This document shows positions 1-12,268 of a DNA stretch of 64,000 nucleotides, one piece after another. The DNA is from Bugula neritina (taxonomy: Eukaryota > Animalia > Bryozoa). Every line of letters begins with the position of its first letter. The stretch's first letter is position 1. The stretch is taken from contig OZ037771.1 of the NCBI GenBank assembly GCA_964035545.1, positions 6,543,190 through 6,607,189 of the forward strand. Direction: 5' to 3'. The notes beneath the pieces were generated by a model. It ran no database searches and was not told the origin of the DNA. It saw only the letters and a list, made by a program, of their open reading frames with translations. The translations under genes and the position numbers were made by a program.

Positions 1-732
1 AAAGGATAAACTGAATGATAGTGAGATAGTCAGAGAGTCGTCCCTAATGCTAATCAAGCTCCATAAACTGATGCTCATCATGGAAGGGGTTGCTGCTATG
101 CATACAGCCTATACTATATTATGTAAATCTAATGCTAACAAAAACTATCAAAAACATTTCGTCATTGAATATTTAATATAATGAATGTTGAATAATATTT
201 CAAACACTGACTGTCAATATGAATTACATCATTTGTATTGGTAATACTAGTACGCATAAATAAACATGGTTAAATGTAATATTTGTAATGTTACACTGTC
301 AATAGAAATGAGTGTTTCGGGATGTGCTTGATGGGAACCAAAGCAAATCATGGCATTGTAATAAAAATACTTCCTGTGCGCATCACATTGGTGTAAAAAT
401 ACTGCAATATTGAATTCAGAAAAATTGTCTAGTAAGTAAAGCATAGTAAAGCCACAAATTTTTATTGCTGTGCATCTATAGACTGGTGAGGATATGCTGA
501 AGATGTTATTTCTGCTCTTAATACTGCCTCCCACCTTCCCTCTGGTGGCGTAATTTTAGTGTGAAATGTACTTTTACAAATACTGCTTAGAGTTCCAAAC
601 AGTTCAAGACATTTTCTAGTAAATTAGAAGGCCTAGACATGTGGGCAAGTTCAACGTTCTGCCTACTACGTCATGGAGTTCTTATCATCACATATTTATT
701 TTAATCATCACATAATGCAGTTGTGACATTTG

Positions 733-862
733 AGTAGTGGAGAAATTGAGATAGCCTTAGTTCTTTAATTTTCTTATTAAATTTTGGTTTATGGTGTAAA
801 TCATAAATAACTTCTTTTGTCATGCTTCTAGCCTTCTACTCTAGAACACAGGCTTTTCTCAA
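733..862. mobile_element. Short MITE family B, degenerate copy
   Basis: Shares GTAGTGGAGAAATTGAG and CTAGAACACAGGCTTTTCTCAA with copies at 9413, 21803 and 25846. Confidence 0.55.
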
Positions 863-2218
863 CTGTTGAGGTTGATTGAAAAACAAATGGAGGTAAAGAT
901 GAATTAATGGAGAGATTGGGAAAACATGTGTGAAAAATGTGGCAAAAGAAGCTATTTTCTCACCTCCTAAGCCCCGACAATTCATAAAGAAAGCCAAAGA
1001 ACTTTGACTATTATAAGTTCTCAATTAATGCACCTAAATGATGCAGCTATTGTGTGATACCTGACACCAGAAAATGTACACAAACAAGATTCTTACGACA
1101 GTGGCCATGTCTAATCATATAATACAATTTAATCTACCTGTACAAACTGTTTTGGAATTTAGTTTAAGGGGAAGTGAGTTTCAACACAACATGAGTTTCC
1201 AAACAAAATGATGAAATTTTAAGCATAATAGAATGTGTATTTATTTATAAGAAGTCTTATTCTGTTTATAAACACCTTGATTCATTCTAATGAATACAGC
1301 TTTACACATGCTACAATGTTTCCTCAATACAAGAACAATTGTGTTGAAGGATATTACAGCAGTCTCTCTCTCAGAGCATCCCTGATTAGTGTGAGCCAAG
1401 TGCATCAGATTAAAAATCAACACGTTGGAAGTGCTAAGCTTTGTAGAAATGAATTGTGTCTAGGTATGCATATATATATTATAATACACTGAGGACAGTG
1501 TGGAACGTTTGCTGGATGATTGCACACCATTTCGCCGCCATATTCCCTTAATCAATGCCAAACATGAAGTGGTTCGTTTTAGAAACTTATTGCAACAACC
1601 GAAAAGCATATGATTATAATAGCTTGTTCATTCACTAACACTTCAAGTTGCTGATTACAATAAACGTTACTGTAAAAGTAATCGTCACAAATTCCCTTAA
1701 CACACAATACCATCTATATCAACTCATGTGCCAAAAATTATTTCATGAGAAACTAGCCGGCCAATAAAAAAAACTTGAAAATAGATTTCAGTGAAATGTG
1801 GAATGCACATTAGCCAATAATAATGAAGCAACATCCTTGCAAAACTATGTGGAAAATGGAGCAAGAATGGCAGCGATGTCACGATGGTCATTTACTGGAC
1901 ACAAAATGTCAGTGATTTAATTTATATGATACCTTTCTATCATCAACAAAACATGATTAATGTATTAAAAATATTAGGATACAGCTTGGCTAAACTAAAT
2001 CTCAACAAACATTCAGTCACCACCTGCCTTGTCTATGCAATCTACTGTGTGCTACTTACTGTTGCAAAACACTAGTATATGAGAATATTGTACACTTTAA
2101 GGAATTTATCCTATGGATATTAATTATATATGTGGTTAGGTTGGAGAGGTCTTTGACCGATAGTTGATTGGTTCTACCAGAAGATTTACCATAGGAGGCC
2201 AGGTCACCCGGAAATTGG

Positions 2219-2356
2219 TAGATGCAACACAAAATGTTGGGGTCATTGAGTACAGTGGTTCTGGGATGAGGCCTCTGAGTTTGAAGGTTTTAAGTTTGGA
2301 CAATGATGTGTATGCAATTACTACAGTCAGTGACCCCAAACTTTGTGCTGCATCTA
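2219..2356. mobile_element. Short hairpin MITE family A
   Basis: ~40-bp imperfect TIRs TAGATGCAACACAAAATGTTGGGGTCATTGA ... TCAGTGACCCCAAACTTTGTGCTGCATCTA; related copy at 7782-7907. Confidence 0.65.
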
Positions 2357-2497
2357 TCGATGATTCCCAAATCACTCCTTCCAAATTACAGCTTACTATG
2401 TTAGTACTAACCAACGCAGTGCAAAAGAGAATATATTTACTTACAGTAGCCTAGTAGAAATTCAGTTATAGTTATCAACTAATAATAATGTAAATAC

Positions 2498-5400
2498 CTT
2501 TTTCGTGGTCTGGCGCATTCACATTCTGTGTGGTTGACAAAATTTACAGTTTGAATACTAGATTCTCTCTAAAAATGAATATATGATAAAAACAATTAGT
2601 AGTGGAACTAACACAACAAACAAAAATACAATATTATATATACTATACATTACACAATAGAGAATGACAAAAAAATTGAAGTGAAATTTCTATATTATGG
2701 GAAATTATTTGATAGATCATGATAATATATAGAAGTATAAAAATATTGGTAAAATAATTACATTTTGTAGAAAAACAAATTTCATAATTTTATTTTTGTA
2801 ATTATAATTAAATAACCAATACTAAATAAACCATTTAGTATATTGGAAGTGAAAGCCCATAAAACCAATGAAATTGAAATTGGTCAAGATATTTTTCATT
2901 TTCTAATCCGACACTTGTACTAGCTAGCAAAAAATATTGGTAAGCAATTTGTAAAATAAAAAATGTTTACTTTATAGCATTGCTAGAACAATAGGAAATT
3001 TGTGTTCAGGATTTAAGTCTCATTTTATGAATATGATTACAGAGAGAAAAAGGGAGAACAAAAATACCTTCAGCTAAATATGATACAACATACAAGGTAC
3101 AGAACAAATTCAACAAATGTTATTAGCTGCTATTATAACCTGAATTACAATGGGTGTAAACTTGCAACACCATTTTTTCTAATTAAAACTTTTGCTGCAC
3201 TAATTTTTGCTGTGGCTGTAAAAGATTTGTTATAAGGAATGTTATACTGTTCCTTTAGGCTTCAACTAAAAATAAATATTTATACTAATTCTGATGTAAA
3301 GGATTGTCTCAATAGCAGTGTTACAAGTCTAAGTGCCAAGTTATAGCATAGCCTACAGCTATTTGAATAGATGGTAACGAAAATAAGTTATAGCACTTCA
3401 AAGCACACAAAAATCAAATATTTAAAAGTATTTTCGTAGCAATGGTGAGCGTTTATCATGACAAATTTGCATTACTTTCAGTGTTTAAATAACTTTTCAT
3501 TTCATTGGCTAACAAACTGAGCTTTTTTCGGTCAAATTTTACTCCTTCGTTGGGATCAGGAAATGTTTAACCTTTTTATTACTTGGCAAGTGAGTCATTA
3601 AAAATTAAATTAGAACATACAAACATAAATAGAAACCTTGTTAAGCAATCCCGGACAATTTTTCAATTGCAAACAACCAAGAGGTTTTATAAGGATTTTT
3701 ATGAGTATTTTATAAGCATACATGGAACACTAAGAAGCTATTTATAAATTTATTAGATGTAACTTTGTTTAGAATGACTAAATTGTGAAGTCACCTGTGT
3801 GACAACAGTTTCATTTTGTACTTCCTGTAGGTGTTGAGGCTGATTGAAATAGTAGAGAGTAAGTTCTAGTTTTGAATTGTGTACAATGCTTGAATTTATA
3901 CGAAACAGCTTTACTATAGCGCTTTTTACAATGAAACTTGAGAGTGTGAGTGATACTAACATTGAGTTAGGGTTAGTTGGAGCTAACACAGAACATGAGA
4001 AGAAACAAAAATTTGTATCCCTATTAAAAGTACGGAAGTTAAAATAATACACGCTGAGAGATTGAAGACATTAAGTTATTAGTTATTAGGTTGATGAAAG
4101 ACCACCAGCAGACACTGCGTAGACTTGTCAAACAGTAAAACAGTTAAATGGTTATTAGAAGGTACCTTCATTACATCTGTTACAGACAAACACGACACTC
4201 AGAGAGAAGGGGTAGTCACGGAATGAGTAACAGATATTTTGCCAGTGCGGCGAGACTAACGCAACATATAAGACAGGCTCTACAGCTGCCTCTCGTACCA
4301 CACAATGTGTAAGGAACTAAGGCTTTTCTAAACACACAGCTAGCAACAGAAAAGGGTGGCCAGTGGGAGACAATTACGGGTCATTAATGGGTTGTATGGA
4401 GAGTTAATAAAGCTAATAAGTTACCAGTGAGCTTACTCTGACATCCAGAGCTACCAGCTCCGTCTCCTTTACCAGGCAGGAGCTATTGCTTGCGTCACAA
4501 TGAAGTCTGGTAGTGTGTGGACACCTGTGCAGCTCTATAGCATAGCACGGCACACTCAGTGAACATACTCTGGGATCACTGATAGACATGCGCAGAAAGT
4601 GAGAGGCACTGTGAGGTACCATGTTTTTTATTTCATCCTGGTAGATAAGTTGTGGTCTTGGTGCACATTCCAGCTCTGTGGCTTCTGGTTGATCAGGTTC
4701 GGTTTCTAAACAGAAATATTCTATGTCAATTATACAAGTACACAGCTGCACAGTTTCAGAAATAGCTCAACCTTGTGGGACAATCATATGGTAAATGTTT
4801 TTGAAATTTTTTGGTGACAGGAAATTGATATACAGAAATTACATATCTATTAAAAACATTAGCAGAAGTAGTAGTGGTTAAATATTCTTCCCAGCTGTCA
4901 CAAATATTTCAAGACTGTATATACTCATCATGCAGCTGAAGATATGTAAATATATATCTCAACTTCCCATTTTGGACACAAGCGCTGGGGAAAGTTAATC
5001 AGATTGCATCTAGATTACAAATAGAAGAAATTTCTCTGTTGTGAAAAAAAACTTTTTTTTCTTTTATGCTGGAACTTTTTTGCATTATTTTTAATTTGCC
5101 ATTCAAATCTGTTATTCAGCATTACAGGTCTTCAAAATAGAAAAATAATCTAACATCTGTATCGCGGGCTATTTTACTGAATATTTAACATCAAATGATA
5201 ATATTTATTAAATATATGAGGTTAAATAATTAATTACTATAAGTGAGTTATTCTAGTCAAAAGAAATAGACTTTCAATTACAATAGTGAAAAGTTCAAAG
5301 GTTCTGGGTTTACAAATTTATAATTTGTCTCAAAAAGCTAGTGGGAGTTGTCTACCTACAGCCAGTAACTTGAGACTACAATGTAGTCTACATCATATAA

Positions 5401-6322
5401 AGTAACTATAGAAGGTAAGTAAAGCTTAGACATCTCCGGCAGAACTAGCCGATGTTCTCTATGTGTGTAACCTTGGCTACAACACAATAGCAAATATATG
5501 CAGCTTTTAAACATTTTTCTAGTGTGATGCAAAAGTTGGTTTGGATAAATTAAAACAAAAACGCATAATTTCATTCGAGGTTTGAAGGTAAAACTAAAAT
5601 TGAGTGTTTGCAGAGTGACAACTGACAACTCTCGTATTTGACTTGGTGCAAGAGTGTAAAATGTAGTGACAGTGTGTGGCGTAACATCAGCATTCTCTCA
5701 TCCATTTCCAAAATAAATGCCAAAATTTAATTTTATGTCAGACTGTTGTACTTGGCCAAATTCAAGTGGGCGATGACTTCTCCTCAAACTGACACAGAAT
5801 TCGAGGTTGAAAATTGTCACACATTTAGTAAAGTCAACAAATTGACAGCCTGCCAGAAGTTTACCCAGGCTTACATGTTGCATATTTCTCTAAATTTAGT
5901 TGGACAAACAGAATTCTAATTAATGCGATTGTCTACAAGACTGCAGACCATGCATTTGATTTAGCACAAAAAGAGGACCTGAACAGTGAGATTAACAAGC
6001 TTGCGAGAACTAACTCTATAGCAGGAAGTGAGGAAGAAATTTGCGACACAAGCCTACCTGACACAGCTGTAGAACGTTTCTGACGCAGCAACCGACGAAG
6101 AGGTGCCACGGGCATTGCAGGTGTTGGATCCTCAAGAATCTGTTTGAGAACCAAGTCTATCTGACGGTTGGTGAGATGCTCTAGGCCAGTTGCTTTTCGT
6201 ATGGCTGAGTGATAAACTGTAAATATCTTGGATATTTCTTCTTTCTGGCAAAAAATAAAGGTTTGAGTCAGACTGAGAACAAAGTAATGTCTGCTAATTG
6301 AGAAATCATTAGTTACCACCAT
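2498..6322 (-). CDS. PDGF/VEGF-related growth factor (PVF-like) precursor, spliced; C-terminal exons uncertain
   Basis: Phase-compatible GT-AG exons 6244(or ATG 6322)-6058, 4705-4437 and 2568-2498 join to ...LRRLLRQKR/STAVSETEPDQPEATELECAPRPQLIY...VPCYAIELHRCPHTTRLHCDASNSSCLVKETELVALDVRRESSIQTVNFVNHTECECARPRKR. This has a furin site (RQKR), then the CxPR, LHRC and NHTxCxC motifs of the PDGF/VEGF cystine knot. Possible downstream exons at ~615-535 and ~108-96 are tentative. Confidence 0.75.
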
Positions 6323-7781
6323 GACCAGTTGAGTCTCTGGTCATTCTCTCTAGGTTACACAGGTGATCCCAATGTCCAAAGTACTGAGGGATCATGTCAC
6401 ATTCCATGATAAATTATAGATCAATCCTCATTTCTTTAGGAGAGTCTTAGCAAGCATTAGTAAATTGAACGTCAAGTTGTAAGGTTTCATAAAATGAGAA
6501 CAGCTAAAGATTGAACTGACTTCTGCTATTTTATTTTGTGTTTTATATTTTTAATATTAGGAAATAGATTAAGACAAGAATAGCTGTTGAAAATACAATG
6601 GATTCTCTATTTTTCTCATTGACCCAAACTATTTACGTATTTAGTAGTTTTATAAGTAATAGTGTGTACCCTGATTGTGTATCAAAGCAATTTCAAACTG
6701 ATCAGAGAAAGAATTAGGTCCGATATGGGACTAAAAAGCTCGGATTTTAAAAATAATCAGTTTAAGTCATACTTAAGGAACATCCTGGAATATTGTATAA
6801 AACAGCCAATGGTTTACATCCTCTTTGTTAGTAGTCTTTTATTTCATTTCCTTATCTAAATATTCTAAGAAGTCACTAATTTTAGCCAACAGCTAGTGAG
6901 TCAAATTAGATAACAATATTTCCTCATTCATGACAATAAAATGCTTTTAGTTGTGTCACTAATTGTTGCTGAGTAAACGATAACCAATGAAAAGTTTCTT
7001 CAAAGAGGAAATAAATGCAGAGGCTGCTGCAATATTTACATATTAGGCAAAATTGTATGTTTGTATGTATGTATGTTTGTATGAAGTGTCTTCACACGAG
7101 TCATTAATCTAAGTGAAATGTGCAGACAATAAGATAGAAGTAGGATGTAGATTGTTACAAAGCTCAGTATCTGATATCGAAAGTAGTACCTTCTTCATAT
7201 TGACTTTAACTGAAACAAAACTCATTCACACCCAAACTTATTTAAATATATAGACTAGGTGAGCTCACAGCTACTACATTAGAGTTTGTAAGAAAGTGAA
7301 GGGGGGGGGGAGTATGTACCCTAAATAAAAATATCACACACAAAATTTTAAGTTGGATTTGGGTTCGAAAATCCTCACATGTGAGGAGTTTCAAACCCAA
7401 ATCCAACTTTGTAAAAATAATTATAGAACTTGGGCTATTAAAGTTTGTCATTGCTCCATAAATAGGAAAGTAGCAAACCATGGCTATAGCATCTCACAAC
7501 CTGTTGATAATCCTACTTATGAATGTGTATTATATGGAGGACCACTTGAAGTGTTTACAATGTTGTACCAATAAATTTCAGCATTCCTATCACAACATAT
7601 TGTGTAATTCCTAAAATATTTGCACGAAATGATAGCTAGGAACTCTACTGAGGAGAAAACAAAAATCTCAGTCAGGGAAAGCCTAGATCCACGCTCTTTC
7701 TTCAAGGGTTACTACCAAATGGTTTGCAAACATTTGAGTTAAATTCTTGGGCTAATCTGATCGTGTTAAGTTGGAAATGGT

Positions 7782-7907
7782 TAGAAGCAGCACAAAGTTG
7801 GGGGCTCATTGAGTGTAGTGTTTGAATACACCTGTCTGAACTCTCAACTCAAAATTATAGATCCCCAACCACTGCACCCAGTGATCACCAACTTTGTGCT
7901 GCTTCAA
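7782..7907. mobile_element. Short hairpin MITE family A, second copy
   Basis: GAAGCAGCACAAAGTTGGGGGCTCATTGAGTGTAGTG ... CACTGCACCCAGTGATCACCAACTTTGTGCTGCTTC inverted arms, similar to 2219-2356. Confidence 0.6.
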
Positions 7908-9210
7908 GTGATTTCCTGATAAGCTTTAAAGGATTATTTGTATGTCGGCAGGTTGTAAGTATGCAGATTAATAAACCACATCATGTGGTGAGTATCAGAC
8001 ATCAACTGCCTTAGCAAATGCTATTTCAGTCTGAACGAAGATCCACCTATTTCACCAGAAATAATGTTCCTAACACTCTTTTAAACGAGACCAAAGCAAA
8101 AAAATACTTTGGCATTAGTTTGAAAATTGTTGCTGGGTTGTTTCACTTAAAATATCAAACATACATTATGTTATACACCTCTTCCGCAGAGTTGAACCTC
8201 AAAATTGCAGAGTATCAACTTAGTAATTACCTCCCCCTATCCTTCATCCCCCTTCGCACTCAAGTGATGTCATAAGTTATCATTTGATAGTTTATAGTAA
8301 AAAGTATCAATCAGCTTGAGAAATTACCACAAATGTTAATTTCAGTACTTTACAGGAATACTAAAGAGGTTTATGGTAAATCACCATGTTAACAATGCGT
8401 TCAAGTTGGTTACATCCCGAAGAATAATTTGATTGCTTTGATTACTTGTTTATTGAACTATCGGCCAATTTATTAATATTTTAACTTGAATTGACTCTGT
8501 CTTTGTTCTTGGGGTGCGTTGGTTGAGATTATGCTAATCCAAAGTCGACACACTTAACTGATGAGTCTTGGCTAGTTTTCATATTCCCTCCCAGATTGCC
8601 CTTACCCTCCCTTCAAACTCAAGCCACCTTGTCCCACACGGTTCCCATCAACCATGCGTTTGTCAGTGTCACAACTAATAGTTTCGGAATTTGTGTGTTT
8701 CAAAGTTTCACCTAGTATTTCGACTTGGCAATGATGGCTTACGAAATTCTCACTTAAGTTATGGGCTACAAAGTATTTACGCAATGTACAACCTTGCAAG
8801 CCGAGCCAAGTTTACCAAGTTACATAAGTGGAAGACTGGGATATTTATAATATTTAAGCAACTGCTGTAACTGTAATAGCACTTACTGTGATGAATGCTT
8901 GAATATTATGGAGTGATATTTGTATGAGAATAACCATAAGCACTGATATACACAAGTGTTTCATATCCACATAGCTCTGTGTTTTTCACCAACTCTAACT
9001 GACATCTACAACATAAATCAGTGTCAAATATAGTTGTGCACTTTTATCCTGGAACAAACTCATCATTGCTTTAAGCATTATATATGTGTCCAGTTTAGTG
9101 ATTTCAACAAGTGAAGGGAAATTTGCACATAAAGGGGTTTTTACCATCCTCTCCTTAGGGTAGACCTGGTTTAGAGAATAAGTTGATGCTGTAAGGGTTG
9201 TAGTATGGTG

Positions 9211-9299
9211 TCATCACAGATAGATGCTTCCAAGTTAGCTAGCGTCTAACTGGGAAGTGTCTACCTGCTAGCTAACTTGAAAGTGTCTATCTGGGATGA
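9211..9299. repeat. Imperfect palindrome / MITE-like hairpin
   Basis: TCATCACAGATAGATGCTTCCAAGTTAGCTAGC pairs with GCTAGCTAACTTGAAAGTGTCTATCTGGGATGA. Confidence 0.55.
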
Positions 9300-9412
9300 A
9301 ACCTATAGTACTACACCACATACCCTAATCTTTACATGACCATAATGTATGTAGAGTATAGATGACAATGTACAAACATACCAACTAGTAGAGTAGGTAA
9401 CATCCTAAAGTT

Positions 9413-9486
9413 GAGGTAGGTACAGTAATGGAGAAATTGAGAAAAGCCTGTGTTCTAGATTAAAAATGTAGCGAAAGAAGCTAAGC
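9413..9486. mobile_element. Short MITE family B, partial copy
   Basis: GAGGTAGGTACAGTAATGGAGAAATTGAGAAAAGCCTGTGTTCTAGATTAAAAATGTAGC matches 25846+ and the reverse complement of 21875-21943. Confidence 0.6.
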
Positions 9487-10840
9487 TTTAGCTGACTTGC
9501 TCTGTTAGGCTGCTACTAGAGTAGCCTAAATAGAATGGAAGGCTGCTGAGTAAAGCTTTCTGCCCCCTTATGTTGTAAGCTACTTACTACTGTCTTGCAA
9601 TGCAAGATAAAACATGTTATGTAATATCTGCATTTATTATTGTCACAATTCATGAAAATATTAATAATCTTATGGAATAGTTATCAGTTAAACTAGTTCT
9701 TGCTGAATTACACTGCCTAATCATCTCAATTCTCAATTAATATAGCTTACTCAAGCACTAAACAAACTGTTAATTTATATTAAAATTGTGTATGAAATTT
9801 TAGTTAGTTTAGTTACAGCAACAAAAACCACTAAAATAATATTTTGAAATTAAAAATGTTGGATAAAGTTTGAAGGCACTAGATACTGGTTTACTGGTTT
9901 ACTCTAGTACTGCAGGCTTTGTTCAACTTTGCTGGACATAATGAGTTGGTAAAAATACCTGCATAATGATTCTCATAATGAGGATTAGAAACCTACAAAA
10001 TTCAAGCTTTCGAAGACTGTCACCTGTTCAAACCAACAAAGAAATGTTTTGCTGTTTACATCCGCTAAAAGTGCAAAGTGAAGCCAAACTAAAATATGCT
10101 TTGCAACCAAATGTCTGAAAGCAATTCAAATTTTCATCAATTTGTAGCGGCAACCACTTGATTTTTAGCAAAATCAATCGAGCAATGCGTTGGATACTTC
10201 CAGATACATGTTTTCTGAAAGTTATGCTAAAATGTAATTGTTTCAAACTTTTAGCTTTGCAGCATGTTTTTCTGCACAGCAGAGATTATGCAATAGTATC
10301 ACTACTCTCTCATCACTCAAGGTCCAGGGTTCAACGCCATTCAGACAACATAATATTTTGTATGAGATGGCTAAAAAATTCTAATACTTATATAAGTAAA
10401 CGTTTATTCTTTTCATATCTAGGTGACTGATTAAGTAGATGGCAAATGCTTAGGAAATGCTGGGCAGATTTCTTGTTATAACAAATTTAAAATGAAATAA
10501 AAAAGTTCTAAAATAGATAAAAAGTATTTCATCCTGATATACAGAGATGCAACAAACTCTATTATTTGTTATGGAAATAGAAATCAGGATAGAGGGGCAA
10601 GAAATGACAAAGGGAGCATGGGAACTGAATTTTACCATAAGGCCCAAATTCGGAGACCACATATGCTAATATTTTTGTCACTTTTTGAAGCAGCATAGGA
10701 AGTTTAAACGTCACTAAAAATCCTCTTCTTTGTTAATTATTAAAAACATTGAGTAGAAATAAAACCTTCTTTATGTAACTTAGGAAGGCATCAATAATGG
10801 TGGTGACCAGTGGAAGTGTAAAGGTGGTTTTGTACAGAAT

Positions 10841-11908
10841 AGACGATGTATGTTTGGTACAATTAGTACCTTGTACTAAATCTAAAACACTCACCACTAT
10901 AACTTATATAAACTTCTGCAAGTTCAAATGTAAAATGCATACTTCTAGAAAATAGCTGTGCAACTTTTATTACATGCATTATTTTATTTCATATCTTAAC
11001 TTTATGAACCATGAGTTCATTTTTCAAAATGTTTAAATTAAATGCTTAAAAAATGCATTTAAAAAATGTATTCCTGCAAAAATGCCCTGGAGCAGCTTGA
11101 CCACAACCCCAGCTGTTCTGGCAAAACACATTTAATGGTTTTTTTATTGACATAGTGGTGAATGAGCTAGTTGTTTTTGGCAGTTGAATATAGCCACGTT
11201 GCAGGCAATTTTATACGATTCTGATTGGCTGGACTCTACATGACCAGCTAATGATTGTATCTGATAGGCCTAATAATGCATTTGTCTTTGAAAATGTAGA
11301 GTTTTATATGAGTTATAGTGGTGATATTTTAGAGTTGGTACACGCCCCTTTTTGGTTGAGTTTTATAGTCTGATCATGCTGTAGTCATCTATACAACACT
11401 TGAGTGTATGGGGAAATTATTAGTATTACGAAATCTGTTTTGGCTTACTTTGCTATGCCAGTTTTCTGACTTGGTTTGTAAGCAACTATGTAGGCAGTTA
11501 TAACTTAGGATGATTTCATCAAAGGTAGACATTACTTAGGCCTTAGAACATCAAATCAACCAGTGCTGTTACTTGGTTGTATTGTAAAGCATTATCGAGA
11601 GCATAGCGCACTAGCACAGTCACTGAGCTGCAATGGCAGTGCATGCTACACCAAACTTATCAGTTCTATTATAATATCTTATGTAAGGCACGTAAAACAC
11701 TAGGCTAGTCTCTGTTAGTATGTAGAGCAGTAGCACAGTTACAGCAGTCACACCACCCTTCTCTATCCTGTCTACCTAGCACTGAGGTTGCAATAATGAT
11801 AATCATTTCATGGTTTAGTTTTAAATCCATGCATACTACTAAATACATTCTCATAGTCTGGTTACTTTGTGTGCTTCAGTTTACTTTGATGTACTTATTC
11901 AAAAAATT
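10841..11908 (+). repeat. Left terminal inverted repeat (1,068 bp)
   Basis: Reverse complement of 19062-20129; same length, no mismatch seen in the segments compared by eye. Confidence 0.95.
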
Positions 11909-12268
11909 GTTTTACCTAGCATTTTGTCAACAGTTGTTAACAACAGACAATGCATGTAGACTTTTATCTATATATGTGTGAGTTCGCGAGCTTTCTTTCG
12001 GCTCTCTTTGTTGAAATCTATATATTATTATGAATTAAAAGCATTTACATTTGTATAATATCTTCAGATCATATTTGACCTAGTCTTGTATTAACTATTT
12101 ATTTATTAAAATAAGGCTTGGTATAAAAATAATAAGTTTCAAAACAAATGAAATAGTTAATGTATATAAACAAAATATGCATATATTTGTATTAAATCAG
12201 TGGCAGTCATACAAAACCTCAGTCCAAAATGAAGATCAAGGAAAGACCTACTTTCAGTATTTTAACTT

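Noticed and set aside
2136-2454. FN3-like reading (FKLRGLIPEPLY) in overlapping ORFs
   Set aside because: Coincides with a hairpin MITE (2219-2356); no splice or domain support.
3753-4330. Possible degenerate FN3 or alternative exons
   Set aside because: Stops in all plausible frames; lies within an intron of the PVF-like model whose flanking exons join in phase without it.
8602-8799. Candidate upstream coding exon of the PVF-like gene
   Set aside because: Has splice-like ends but its phase does not match the next exon and it lacks a signal peptide; at best a 5'-UTR exon.
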